Below, piece by piece: positions 1 to 10,562 of a stretch of DNA of 64,000 nt. The notes beneath the pieces were generated by a model. That model was not told where the DNA came from. It did no database searches and was given only the letters and a program-made list of their open reading frames with translations. The stretch covers positions 96,001 to 160,000 of the forward strand of contig JBBQZX010000002.1 of NCBI GenBank assembly GCA_038207335.1. Direction: 5' to 3'. The position numbers and the translations under genes were made by a program. This DNA comes from Chthoniobacterales bacterium. GTDB taxonomy: Bacteria; Verrucomicrobiota; Verrucomicrobiia; Chthoniobacterales; Chthoniobacteraceae. Each line of letters starts with the position of its first letter. Position 1 is the stretch's first letter.

Positions 1-109
1 TTTTCTCCGAAAAATCGGCGAGCGAAACCGAACGAGCCGAGGCGACAGCCGGCAGTGAAAAATCAGGCGCGGCAGTGCCGAGCGGAAGCATGGTGGATGA
101 GACAGACAT
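1..109 (-). CDS. Thioredoxin-family (AhpC/TSA-like) protein, 5' end only; runs off the window
   Basis: Manual translation from the ATG at 109: MSVSSTMLPLGTAAPDFSLPAVASARSVSLADFSEK, the typical 'LG..APDFSL....VSL.DF' redoxin N-terminus. Confidence 0.75.
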   Translation of the reverse strand, partial: MSVSSTMLPLGTAAPDFSLPAVASARSVSLADFSEK

Positions 110-491
110 GAGATTTTGGAAATAGAACGAGACGCGATCGACCCTGTGGCTGCACCTCCCCGCTCGATCTCGACCGGAAGGCTTCGCCACTTTGGCGCGG
201 CGCAGGAGGTGACGTTCGGAGAATCCCCCTAGTCCGTCACTTTTATTCCCGCGAGCGCTTCTCTCTTCGGCACCTTTAATGGCCCGCGTCATGTTGAAAA
301 CCGTAGCGTCCGCTCAGCTCCCACTTTGCGACACGATTTTTTACAGACCCATCGATAAATTTCGCGTCCGCGAGGCAGGGGTAAACCGTGTTTTTTCCCC
401 GCGTAATATTATGGTTGCAAATCTGCCATGTTGATTTATCGAGTGACTCTCGCACCCGAGTTTCCCCAACCCCGTTCCTTCCCTCGAAACT

Positions 492-3400
492 ATGAAGACT
501 CCCTCCTGCCTCCGTGCCTCCGTCCGTCGCACCGGCACCCGCCGCGCCCCACTCGCCCTCGGCATCGCCGCCCTCGCCGCCCTCGCCCTCGGCACCCCAG
601 CCCGCGCCGCCAGCTACTACTGGGCCGGCGACAACCAGGGGAGCTCCGCCTGGAATATCCTCACCGGCCTCGGCGGGTCGAACTGGTCGTCATCCGGCGA
701 TTTCAACCAAGGCACCAGCGGCGCCACCGCGCTGCCCGGCATCAATGACGACGTCTTTTTCATCCTCAACGGGGCGGGCAATCTCACCAATACGCTCGGC
801 GCGGATTTCTCGATCAAAAGCCTCACCTTCAACTCCTTTGGCACGTCGCCAATCACCATTGGCGGAGCCAATACGCTGACTATCGGCACCGGCGGAATCA
901 CCAATGGCTCCGCGTCCACCGTGACTCTGAGCACGAACGTGGCGCTCGGCGGCGTGCAGACTTGGGCAAATAATAATGCGACGCCCTTTGCCCTCAGCGG
1001 CGTCCTCTCGGGCGCGGCGGGGAACAACCTGACTCTCGGCGGGCGCGGCACCTTCACCTTTAGCAATGCCAATACGTATTCTGGCAGCACGAGCGTCTTC
1101 ACCGGTGGTCTCACCCTGAATGGCACCGGCAGCATCCTCAATACGAGCGCCATCTCGCTGAACGCCGGCACCTCGCTCGTGCTCGATAACACCGCGACCA
1201 ATGTCGCCAACCGCATCGCCGACAACCTCACCATCACGACAAAGGGGGCGACGATCAGTTTCATAGGCAACGCCGGGACGACTGCGGAGACCGTGGGAAC
1301 GCTGGCCGTCGGTAGCGGCGCGTCGGTCGTGCAGACCAGCGGATCAGTCTCCTCGTTGACTTTCGGTGCGGCGGGCGGGACCCCGATCGCGAGCTTCAGC
1401 CGCTCAGTGGGTGGCACGGCGCTCTTTGCGGTCGGAGCGGGCTCCACGGTGAATGCGCCGACGCTGACGCTGAACAACGGCATCATCGGCGGCTGGGCGG
1501 TGACGGGCACGGCGGCGGGCACAGGCTTGAACTTCGCAACCACGGACGGGAGCAACAACGTCGTGCCTTACGCCGCCTACACGGCCCTGACCGCGGACGG
1601 CACAGGCGCGCTAAACAGTGTCATCACCAGCACCGACAATACGAAATACGACGCGACGGGGAATAACAGCGTGCGGCTGCAGGCAGCCGTGACGACGATC
1701 AACTCGCTGTACCTCACAGGTGGCAGCACCTTGAGCGGCGTGACAGGCGGGCCGGCCGGGGCACCTTCAACTTTCTACAATGGCATCACCTTCGGCACTG
1801 GCATCACCGCGGACCTGACGAAGAAGCTGGTGGTCACCAGCGGCGGCATCATCGCGAGCGGAGTGCCGGCGACAAATGTCGGGCATTACAATAACAAGGC
1901 GGATATCGCGAACATGGCGTTCATCGGCTACCAGTTCGGCGAATACACGGCGGGCGGGCAGACCAATGGCGATTCCGGGCAGATTACCGCGGGTGCGGGA
2001 GTGGCCGACCTCGTGGTCTATACTGACAGCAACCTGCGCATCGCCTCACAGATCGTGGATAACGGCACTCCCCTCGGCCTGACCAAGTCCGGTCCGGGCA
2101 TTCTGGACATTGGCAATGGCAACACGCAGACTAACAAGCCGAGCAACCTCTTCACCGGTAAAGTCACCATCAACGAAGGTATCTTGCTGATTGGCCAGGC
2201 GAGCCAGCTCGGCAATTCCGCCGCGGCCGCCGACAACGTGACCTTCAACGGCGGTGAACTGCGGACGTTTGCGGGCACCAGCACTTCGACAACCCAGGGC
2301 TGGACGGTCGGCACGCGTGGGGGAGCCTTCTCTTATACCGGAGGGGGCACTTCCAACATCCAAAACAAGATTACCGGTGCCGGTGGATTTACCTTCTACG
2401 CTCGATCGGCAGGCGGCGGCGCCAACGAGACAATCAACCTGGCCACGGCGGCCGCACAAAACGCCGACTACCAAGGTGCCACGAATCTCTTGTGGAGTAT
2501 TAGCGACGGTACCTTCGGCTCGGGAACCCAGTATGGCAAGATCGCCTGGGGGCAGAACAATCAGATCCCCGCCCAGTCAGCGGTCACGATGAATATCGTC
2601 GATGACACTGCCGCGCATAACGTGCTGGCGAACACCGGTGGTGGCATTGCCGGGACATTTGGGGTGTCGGCCGACTTCGCTGGGAAGACGGATCACTTTG
2701 GCTCGCTGGCGGGGAATGTGAACCTGCGGAATTTTAACACCGGGACACTGACGCTTGGCGCGAACAACCTTTCGACGGTCTATACGGGTTCGCTCTACGG
2801 GGCAGCGGCGCAGACCTCCAACTCTGACACCACCTCGCCCGCGGGCACCGGCACGTTGATCAAGGTGGGTTCGGGCACGCAGACCTTTGCAGGAACGCGG
2901 AATAACTACACCGGCCCGACGAGCATTATCGGCGGGACTCTGCTGATCGGCAGCGGCACGACAACAACCAGCACGGCATCACTGACGGGCTCGACCGTGA
3001 CCGTGGGCAACGGCACGCTCACTGGTGCGCTCGGCGGCAATGGCACCATCAGCGGTGCGGTGATTGTGACTTCCACCGGCCATCTCGCGCCGGCGATGTC
3101 TGCGACGACGACCAACACGCTGACCATTGGTGCGAACCTGACGCTGAATGCCGGAGCCTCGTTGGACTACAATTTCGGGGCGCTTGGCAATCCGGGGACG
3201 AGTGATCTGGTCACCGTGGGCGGTGCTTTCAACCTGACGCTCAATGCCGGGGTTGATATTCTGAACATCACGCAATTGCCCGGCTTTGGCATCGGCACTT
3301 ACAATCTGTTGACCGCGCCGACGGGCGCTTTCACCAATAACGCGACCTTCACGATCAACGGGAAGAACAACTTCAACTACGCGGTCGCGTCTTCTGGCAA

Positions 3401-6209
3401 TAGCCTGGTTCTTACCGTCTCTGCCGGCAATCCGATCCTGACTTACATCGGCAATGGCAGCAGCGCATTCCAGAATGGCGGTCCGGCCAACTTCAACAAC
3501 GGCAGTGCTGCGGTGGCGTTCGCGAATACGAACAACGTCATCTTTGACGAGAACCTGACCGGCAGCCCGAACGTGGTGGTGGATGCCGCCGGCGTGCTGC
3601 CCAATTCGGTGCTGATCGATAACAGCGCGACGAACTACACCTTCAGCGGCGGCACAATCACGATCGCGACAAACCTCACCAAGCAGCAAGGCGCGGCGGT
3701 CACCTTTAACTCCAACGTGACCGTGCCGATCACGACGATCACCGGCGGCGCTGTCACCGTGGGCGTGGGAACGACTTATAACTCGACGTCGAAACTCGAT
3801 GTCACGGGCGCGCCGCTCACCGTGAATGGAACGCTCACCACGCCCGCGCTGAACGTGAAAGCGGGGGCGTCGGCGACGATTGCGTCCGGTGCCACACTCA
3901 CTCCGACCGCGCTCAGCGTCCTCGCCACCGGGACCGCTACGATCAATGCGGCGGCGCAGTCTCTGACCGCCCTCACCGGCGGCGGCACGCTCGCGCTCGT
4001 CGGCGGGACCGCTCTCACGATTACCGGAGGCGCCTCCTTCGCCGGCTCGATCAACGGAACGGGTGCATCGCTCACCGTCAATGCTCCCGCTGCGACGGTC
4101 ACGCTGGCGGGCACGAATGGCTACGATGGCAGCACGACCATCAATGCGGGCACGCTCCAGCTCGGCGACGGTGCCACCGACGGCACCATCAATGCCAGTG
4201 GCGTGCTGGACAACGGCACGCTCGCTTTCAATACGACCGGAACGCAGAGCTACGCGGGGCCGATCACCGGCAGCGGCAACCTCGTGAAAAGTGGCGGTGG
4301 CGTGCAAACACTCAGCGGCACCAATACCTATGTAGGGACGACGACCATTAGTGGCGGCGTCCTCGCGGTCGGCCAGATCTCCGACGCAGGCCCGAGCAAT
4401 ATCAGCACTGCCGCACTGAGTCTCACCGGGAGCGGTTCGACGTTGCGCTACACTGGCACGGGCGCTGCGACCACTACGCGAAACGTCACCGTCAGCGCCA
4501 CGGGCGCGCAGTTCGAGGTGAGCGACGTGGCCGGCACGTTGACGCTCGTCGGAAATGCGCAGGGCATATTTACCGGCAATGGTGGCAACGCCATCACGAA
4601 AATCGGCCCCGGCACGCTCGTCCTCAGCGGCACCGGCAATGACACGGCGGTTCAATTCAACGTCGCCGCCGGCACATTGAATCTCGATAAAAGCAACGCT
4701 GCGTCATCCGTCGCCGTCGATGCCATTACCGACATCACGGGCGGTGCCACCGTGCGCGTCACGGGAACCGGGGGCAGCCAATTCTGGCCCGGCTTTACCG
4801 GCCAGAACCTCACGATCAACAACGGCGGAACTTTCGACCTGAACGGCCACAATGAAAGCGGCATCACTGCGATCGGCGGCGGGAACGGCACGATCACGAA
4901 CGCGCTCGCCGCCACTTCAGCCACGCTGACCGTCGGCGCGAACAACCAAGGCGGTAGCTACGGCGGTTCGCTCGCCAGCGGCACGGGCGGCTTCAATTTC
5001 GTGAAAGCGGGAACCGGCACCCAAATCCTCACCGGCAACAACACTAACTTTGCCGGGAATTTTACCGTCAACGCCGGCACGCTACAGTTCGGTGCCGATG
5101 CGACCGCGCAGGCTTCCACAAACTCGCTCGGTGCGAACACCGTTGGCCGGCTCGTCACCATCGCCACTGGCGCGACCGTTGATTTCGAGGGCCGCGACAT
5201 CGGGCTCGGAAGCGTCGGTTTCCTCGTGAATGGCGGCACGATCACAGCGGGCGCATTCAAGCGGCTTGGGCCTGTCACGTTGAATGGCGGCACGATCAAC
5301 ACCAGCAATACCGTCGCTGGAAGCAGCGCAAATTTCCAAAGCGCCACCTTTGAAGCGGACGTCACGGTCGGCGGCTCCACGCCCTCGACGATCTCAAGCA
5401 CCGGCACCACCGGTTTCCTCGGCATCCATCTTGAAAAAGCGGGTGGCGTCACTTTCAACGTCGCCGACGTGACGGGCAGCCCGGCCGTGGACCTCCTCAT
5501 CAATTCCGGGCTCATCAACAAGAGCAACAACGCCGGCGCGGGCGCGCTCACCAAATCGGGCCTTGGCACGCTTCGCCTCGCGGGCGCGAATACCTACACC
5601 GGCGCGACCAATGTGAACGCGGGCACCCTGCTCGTCGGCAGCAGCATCAACGGTTCGCTCGTGAATGTGAACGCTGGCGGCACTCTCGGAGGCGTCGGCA
5701 CCATCAGCACGACCGGCCAGCCGGTGACTCTCGCCGCGGGCGGATTCCTTTCGCCCGGCGCGGGGGTGGGAACTCTCACCGTCGATACCGGCATCGCGCA
5801 GTTGGACATCAGCACCGGCGTCGCCGCCACCGCCACCCACGCGCTCGTCTTTGAGCTCGGCCCGATCGCTGCCAGCGACAAAGTCATGCTTCTCGGCTCC
5901 AGCGTCCTGAATATCGGCACCGGCGGCGCGAACAGCGGCCTGGCGTTCGATGACTTCACATTCACAAACGTCGGCGGGCTTCAAGTTGGGACCTACACGC
6001 TCTTCGATGGGGTCAATCCCATCGCGGGCACTTTCGACACGAATTCGGCAAACCTCACCGGCTCGCTCGGCGGCACCTTCACCGGCACCATCGGCTTCGG
6101 CGACGGCACCAATGACATCATCCTCAACGTCGTCCCCGAGCCCGGCAGCGTCGCCCTCTTGGCCGGTGGCCTCGGCGTGCTCCTTGGCCTCCGCCGCCGC
6201 CGAGCGTGA
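492..6209 (+). CDS. Giant PEP-CTERM surface protein with autotransporter-associated beta-strand repeats (1905 aa)
   Basis: Signal peptide (..ALGTPARA), repeated LxKxGxGTxxLxGxNTYxGxTxIxxGTL units, C-terminal VPEPGS-hydrophobic-RRRRA; no beta-barrel. Confidence 0.92.
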   Translation: MKTPSCLRASVRRTGTRRAPLALGIAALAALALGTPARAASYYWAGDNQGSSAWNILTGLGGSNWSSSGDFNQGTSGATALPGINDDVFFILNGAGNLTNTLGADFSIKSLTFNSFGTSPITIGGANTLTIGTGGITNGSASTVTLSTNVALGGVQTWANNNATPFALSGVLSGAAGNNLTLGGRGTFTFSNANTYSGSTSVFTGGLTLNGTGSILNTSAISLNAGTSLVLDNTATNVANRIADNLTITTKGATISFIGNAGTTAETVGTLAVGSGASVVQTSGSVSSLTFGAAGGTPIASFSRSVGGTALFAVGAGSTVNAPTLTLNNGIIGGWAVTGTAAGTGLNFATTDGSNNVVPYAAYTALTADGTGALNSVITSTDNTKYDATGNNSVRLQAAVTTINSLYLTGGSTLSGVTGGPAGAPSTFYNGITFGTGITADLTKKLVVTSGGIIASGVPATNVGHYNNKADIANMAFIGYQFGEYTAGGQTNGDSGQITAGAGVADLVVYTDSNLRIASQIVDNGTPLGLTKSGPGILDIGNGNTQTNKPSNLFTGKVTINEGILLIGQASQLGNSAAAADNVTFNGGELRTFAGTSTSTTQGWTVGTRGGAFSYTGGGTSNIQNKITGAGGFTFYARSAGGGANETINLATAAAQNADYQGATNLLWSISDGTFGSGTQYGKIAWGQNNQIPAQSAVTMNIVDDTAAHNVLANTGGGIAGTFGVSADFAGKTDHFGSLAGNVNLRNFNTGTLTLGANNLSTVYTGSLYGAAAQTSNSDTTSPAGTGTLIKVGSGTQTFAGTRNNYTGPTSIIGGTLLIGSGTTTTSTASLTGSTVTVGNGTLTGALGGNGTISGAVIVTSTGHLAPAMSATTTNTLTIGANLTLNAGASLDYNFGALGNPGTSDLVTVGGAFNLTLNAGVDILNITQLPGFGIGTYNLLTAPTGAFTNNATFTINGKNNFNYAVASSGNSLVLTVSAGNPILTYIGNGSSAFQNGGPANFNNGSAAVAFANTNNVIFDENLTGSPNVVVDAAGVLPNSVLIDNSATNYTFSGGTITIATNLTKQQGAAVTFNSNVTVPITTITGGAVTVGVGTTYNSTSKLDVTGAPLTVNGTLTTPALNVKAGASATIASGATLTPTALSVLATGTATINAAAQSLTALTGGGTLALVGGTALTITGGASFAGSINGTGASLTVNAPAATVTLAGTNGYDGSTTINAGTLQLGDGATDGTINASGVLDNGTLAFNTTGTQSYAGPITGSGNLVKSGGGVQTLSGTNTYVGTTTISGGVLAVGQISDAGPSNISTAALSLTGSGSTLRYTGTGAATTTRNVTVSATGAQFEVSDVAGTLTLVGNAQGIFTGNGGNAITKIGPGTLVLSGTGNDTAVQFNVAAGTLNLDKSNAASSVAVDAITDITGGATVRVTGTGGSQFWPGFTGQNLTINNGGTFDLNGHNESGITAIGGGNGTITNALAATSATLTVGANNQGGSYGGSLASGTGGFNFVKAGTGTQILTGNNTNFAGNFTVNAGTLQFGADATAQASTNSLGANTVGRLVTIATGATVDFEGRDIGLGSVGFLVNGGTITAGAFKRLGPVTLNGGTINTSNTVAGSSANFQSATFEADVTVGGSTPSTISSTGTTGFLGIHLEKAGGVTFNVADVTGSPAVDLLINSGLINKSNNAGAGALTKSGLGTLRLAGANTYTGATNVNAGTLLVGSSINGSLVNVNAGGTLGGVGTISTTGQPVTLAAGGFLSPGAGVGTLTVDTGIAQLDISTGVAATATHALVFELGPIAASDKVMLLGSSVLNIGTGGANSGLAFDDFTFTNVGGLQVGTYTLFDGVNPIAGTFDTNSANLTGSLGGTFTGTIGFGDGTNDIILNVVPEPGSVALLAGGLGVLLGLRRRRA

Positions 6210-6318
6210 TACTCAAATACCCGTGAAGCTCCCGCCGTGGCGGCCATGAGCCAAGGCGTGCGATTGAAGATTCGCGCTCGCTTGAGGGGGTAGTTATCTT
6301 CAAATGTATGGGGCCTCC

Positions 6319-7170
6319 ATGTCCACGACTCTGCTGAAATTTTCCTGCCCGGATCGCGTGGGGTTACTGGCACGGTTGTCGGGGTTTGTGGCGGAGTTTT
6401 CGGGGAATTTGATTGAGGTGCATCAGTTCACGGATGCTCAGGCGGGCTGGTTTTTCACGCGGATGGCGATCGAGACGGAGACGCTGTCGGTGCCGCTGGA
6501 GGTGCTACGGGAGCGGTTCGCGCCGATGGCTGCGGAGCTGAGGGCCGAGTGGACGATCCGCGCGGCGGAGTCGCCGATGCGCGTGATTTTGATGGTGAGC
6601 AAGCTGGGGCATTGCCTCGCGGATTTGCTGTGGCGCTGGCGCTCGGGCGAGCTGGCGTTTGACATCGCGGCGGTGCTGTCGAATCACGACGAACTGCGGC
6701 CGCTCGTGGAGCGCGAGGGGCTCGATTTTCTCCACATCCCGATGCTCGGGAGGAAGGAGGAGGCGTTTGCGGAGATCGCCGAGGTCTTCCGCGCGGTGCG
6801 GCCGGATTTGGTAGTGCTCGCGCGCTTCATGCAGATCGTCCCGTCGGAGCTGTGCGGGGAGTTTCATGGGAAAATCATGAATATCCACCACTCGTTTCTG
6901 CCGTCGTTCGAGGGGGCAAATCCGTATCAACGCGCTTACGAGCGCGGCGTGAAGCTCATCGGCGCCACCTGCCACTACGCAACCGCCGAGCTCGATGCCG
7001 GGCCGATCATCGACCAAGAGGTGATCCGCGTGGAGCACTTCCACACCCCGGACGACCTCGTGCGGATCGGCCGCGATTGCGAACGCCTCGCCCTCGCCCG
7101 CAGCGTCCGCTGGCACATCGATGACCGCGTCCTCATGCACGGAAATCGCGCGATCGTCTTCCGGGATTAA
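6319..7170 (+). CDS. purU: Formyltetrahydrofolate deformylase
   Basis: ACT domain (SCPDRVG), LARFMQI, NIHHSFLPSFEGANPY, GATCHY, ELDAGPIIDQ; start placed at the MSTT ATG. Confidence 0.95.
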   Translation: MSTTLLKFSCPDRVGLLARLSGFVAEFSGNLIEVHQFTDAQAGWFFTRMAIETETLSVPLEVLRERFAPMAAELRAEWTIRAAESPMRVILMVSKLGHCLADLLWRWRSGELAFDIAAVLSNHDELRPLVEREGLDFLHIPMLGRKEEAFAEIAEVFRAVRPDLVVLARFMQIVPSELCGEFHGKIMNIHHSFLPSFEGANPYQRAYERGVKLIGATCHYATAELDAGPIIDQEVIRVEHFHTPDDLVRIGRDCERLALARSVRWHIDDRVLMHGNRAIVFRD

Positions 7171-7403
7171 GAGCTTTTTGAAACGCAGGTCACTCAGGGC
7201 CGGGCAGACGGGGGTGCAAACACCAAAACAGCAACATCGCCTTCCTGCTTTTCTTCTTCCGTGCTTCCGTCCCTATAATTCAAGGGTCTGCCGGAATTCA
7301 GTCTCAGATTTTTGGAGCAAGTGACGCTTTGATAAAAAAAATATATTAACGCTTGCGGCGTGCTCGCCATTCTCCCATAGTGGCCTTCGGTTTCGCTCTC
7401 GAA

Positions 7404-10400
7404 ATGACTACCCACGCCTTTCCTCTCCTCTGTAAACGCGTCGCTGCGGGCGTCGCGGCCTCGCTTCTCGTGCTCTCGTCGCTCACAGCCGCGCCGATGC
7501 TCCGCGTGATAAACACCGACGCTGATACCGACACATCCGACCCGATTACCGCAGTTCCGGCCCTCGTCCCGGTCGGCAAGACACTCATCTATCCAATCAG
7601 CGCGTATTCGGATGAGGGCCAGCCGCTCGACTTCACTGTCACCAGTGACAACCCCAAAATCTTCGCCCGCGTGCGCACGGGAAATCCGCTACTCGAGATG
7701 ACCGTCTCGCACGAAGCCGGCGACGATCCTGAAAGCGACCCCGCCTACACGGGCACTCTGGTTTTTCAGCTTTTCCGCGACTGGACTCCGCTCACAACGG
7801 GCTTCATCGGCGGATTCGCGCAATCGGGGTTTTACAATGACGTAATCTTTCACCGCATCGCCGACCTCACCGCGGGCAGCGGGGAGAGTAGCTTCATTTA
7901 CCAAGGCGGCGATCGCGGCACCCTGCCGGGTTTCAACTTCGACAACGAATTTCAGCCGCCGCTGATTTTCACCGGACGAGGCCAGCTCGCGATGGCCAAC
8001 GCAGGCGACAACCAGACGCTATTCAACGGCACGAACAACTCTCAGTTTTTCATCACTCAGGGAAATGAACCGGCCGTCTCCGGCGGCACCGCGTCACCCG
8101 GCGGACCGCGCCATCTCGATTTCAATCACACGATTTTCGCCCAACTCACGCACGGCTGGGATGTGCTGAATAAGCTGCGCCACACTCCGTTCACGAGCAG
8201 CACGCCGGACTCGGACGTCGTCATCACTTCGACGAAAGTCGTCGCACAACACCAGACCGCGGTCGGCGAAAATGGCGGTGCTCATCTCCTCAGCGACGCT
8301 CATCTCGTGCTTTCGGCGAAAGCACCGGGCACTGCGACGATCACCGTCCGCGTGAGCGACGGGCAGTCTGTTACGACGAAAAGTTTCACGGTCAGTGCAT
8401 TCGATGACGAGGTGAATGCGCCGCCGTTTTTCGTCCGGCCGAAGAACACCGTCGGGCCGATCAACCCCGGCATTCTGACCCTCCCGCTGCCGAAAGCGAT
8501 CGACCTCGAATACGACTACCCGATCGTCCGCAGTGGTCTCATTGACACCACACCGCACGCCGCGAGCGATCAACCCGGGAGCACCGTGCGCGTGCAGGGC
8601 GCGTCCGGCTACACGGGGCCTGTGCGGCTCGCCTTCGGCGTCACGCAATTCGATCCGAGCTACCGCGGCGCAGTCGATGGCGGCGGACGCGATTTCGACG
8701 ACCGCGCATCAATCCTAGTCGGCATCGGCGACAAGACCTTCGCACTGAAATCCACCGAGCTTTTCGCTGAGCCTGCCGCCGCGCTCACCGATGCCGCGGT
8801 CGCCACGCTGGTGGATACCAATCCCGGCGGCGGCCTCGCAGCGTTCACCTCCGTGAAGATCAACTGGGGCGACGGAACGCCGATCGTCAACGGCACGCTC
8901 GCGCCCGATTTCACGCGTCCCGTTTTCGGCGCGTCCGTCGTCCGCGGCACGCATACTTTTGCGAAAGAGGGCGTCTATACGGTGACCGTGGATGTCGCGC
9001 GAAATCGTGGTTTCGCCACCACTGCTCGCAGCACTGTCGTCGTCACTTCGCAGGAACTGAAAGCAGTCGGCAAGTCGCTCGATGTCCGCGGCGCGAAAGT
9101 CGTCCAGCGTGTCGTCGCCACATTTTCAGATGCCACGCCTTCGGCGAAAAAATCGTATCTCGCGACCATCGATTGGGGTGACGGCAAGACTTCGGCCGGC
9201 GTCGTGAAAAAAGCCGGCGCGTCAGCGTTCGCGGTGCTGGGCACCCATGTTTACAGCGATCCCGAGGACTTCTCCGTCTCGGTCAAAATCCACGAGATCA
9301 ACACGACCGCCGATCAAGACGCGCTGGCATGGAGCCGCGTCTCGCTGAGCGGCTTCAAGGCGCAGCAATATCTTCCGCCTTTCGACCAAACTCATCTCAT
9401 CGGCGAGATCAGTTCCATCGCATCCACGACGCGCGATCCGTCCGATCCGAGTGGCCAGACATTTCTCCCGAAGCCGCTCCGCGTCACCACCGGTTCCGGC
9501 ACTGCAAGCCAGACCTATTTCACCTGCTCCGTGCTCGTGCTGAACAGCGGCAACGTCACCTCGAAGCCCGGAACCCTCCGCCTCTATCTCTCCCGGGACA
9601 ACGTGCTGAACACCTCTCCCACCGCCACAGAACCGCGCGACATTCAGCTCGTCATCGGCACCGCAGCCCTCACGCAGACGACCATCCGCGCGCTAAAGCC
9701 CGGCCAGTCGCTGCGCTTCACATTCGACAATCTCGCATTCGACACGCGCCTGCGACCACCGCCCGGCGAGACCGGCACCGGCCTCAGCCTACTCGCGCAC
9801 ATGGACTACTCCGACCCGCTCGCCGATCACGAGCCGATCGCGCACGACATCGTCGTGGGGCCATTCAACGGCATCACCGTTTCGCCGACTTCCATCACTA
9901 CGACCGAGGCCGGCGGGCAAGGCACATTCACCGTGAAAATCGACCAAGCACCCGCGCCGAATCAGGTGCTCGTCCTCAATGTCGCGAGCTCGAACATCAC
10001 CGCGGGTACCGTCTCGCCGAGCATGCTCACATTCACCGCGAGCAACTGGCAGACGCCGCAGCAGGTCATTGTCACCGGCGTGGATAATGACGCGCCGAGC
10101 GGCAGCACGAGCTATCGCATCAACATCACCGTGAACGCGACCGCGACCACCGACCCGCGTTTCGCGCTGCTCGATCCCGCCGACGTGCAGGCCGTCAATC
10201 TCGACGACGAGCCGAAAATCATCGTCTCTCCGACGACACTCATGACTTCGGAAAATGGAACATCCGCGTCATTCAGCGTGAAGCTCGACAAACAGCCGCC
10301 GGTCGGCATGGACGTGACCATCCCGATCACGAATACCGACACCACCGAGGGCACGCTGAGCACGGCATCGCTCGTGTTCGATTCGACGAATTACAGCACT

Positions 10401-10553
10401 CCGCAAACCGTCACCGTCACCGGCAAGCCCGATGGAATCACCGACGGAAACATCGCCTACAAAATCAACGTCGGCCCATCGACGAGCAGCGCGCCGCAAT
10501 TCAACGGCGCGGTGGGAGCAGCGGTGACGGTCACGAACGTCAATATCAACTAA
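7404..10553 (+). CDS. Secreted cyclophilin-type peptidyl-prolyl isomerase with PKD-like and Calx-beta-like Ig domains
   Basis: Signal-like N-terminus; FHRI, QGGD, LAMAN, SQFFIT, HLDFNHTIF cyclophilin motifs; two (I)[N/D]WGDG PKD-like motifs; two C-terminal 'F....N..TPQ.V.VTG' repeats; start uncertain (7353 or 7404). Confidence 0.85.
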   Translation: MTTHAFPLLCKRVAAGVAASLLVLSSLTAAPMLRVINTDADTDTSDPITAVPALVPVGKTLIYPISAYSDEGQPLDFTVTSDNPKIFARVRTGNPLLEMTVSHEAGDDPESDPAYTGTLVFQLFRDWTPLTTGFIGGFAQSGFYNDVIFHRIADLTAGSGESSFIYQGGDRGTLPGFNFDNEFQPPLIFTGRGQLAMANAGDNQTLFNGTNNSQFFITQGNEPAVSGGTASPGGPRHLDFNHTIFAQLTHGWDVLNKLRHTPFTSSTPDSDVVITSTKVVAQHQTAVGENGGAHLLSDAHLVLSAKAPGTATITVRVSDGQSVTTKSFTVSAFDDEVNAPPFFVRPKNTVGPINPGILTLPLPKAIDLEYDYPIVRSGLIDTTPHAASDQPGSTVRVQGASGYTGPVRLAFGVTQFDPSYRGAVDGGGRDFDDRASILVGIGDKTFALKSTELFAEPAAALTDAAVATLVDTNPGGGLAAFTSVKINWGDGTPIVNGTLAPDFTRPVFGASVVRGTHTFAKEGVYTVTVDVARNRGFATTARSTVVVTSQELKAVGKSLDVRGAKVVQRVVATFSDATPSAKKSYLATIDWGDGKTSAGVVKKAGASAFAVLGTHVYSDPEDFSVSVKIHEINTTADQDALAWSRVSLSGFKAQQYLPPFDQTHLIGEISSIASTTRDPSDPSGQTFLPKPLRVTTGSGTASQTYFTCSVLVLNSGNVTSKPGTLRLYLSRDNVLNTSPTATEPRDIQLVIGTAALTQTTIRALKPGQSLRFTFDNLAFDTRLRPPPGETGTGLSLLAHMDYSDPLADHEPIAHDIVVGPFNGITVSPTSITTTEAGGQGTFTVKIDQAPAPNQVLVLNVASSNITAGTVSPSMLTFTASNWQTPQQVIVTGVDNDAPSGSTSYRINITVNATATTDPRFALLDPADVQAVNLDDEPKIIVSPTTLMTSENGTSASFSVKLDKQPPVGMDVTIPITNTDTTEGTLSTASLVFDSTNYSTPQTVTVTGKPDGITDGNIAYKINVGPSTSSAPQFNGAVGAAVTVTNVNIN

Positions 10554-10562
10554 TTTTCCCGC

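Noticed and set aside
190..430. Sigma54 promoter for the PEP-CTERM gene
   Set aside because: The TGGC-containing candidates I checked lack GG-N10-GC spacing
7171..7350. Imperfect long stem and faint c-di-GMP-I riboswitch resemblance on the minus strand
   Set aside because: Lacks the GNRA loop and GCAAA core, and points toward the 3' end of purU rather than a start
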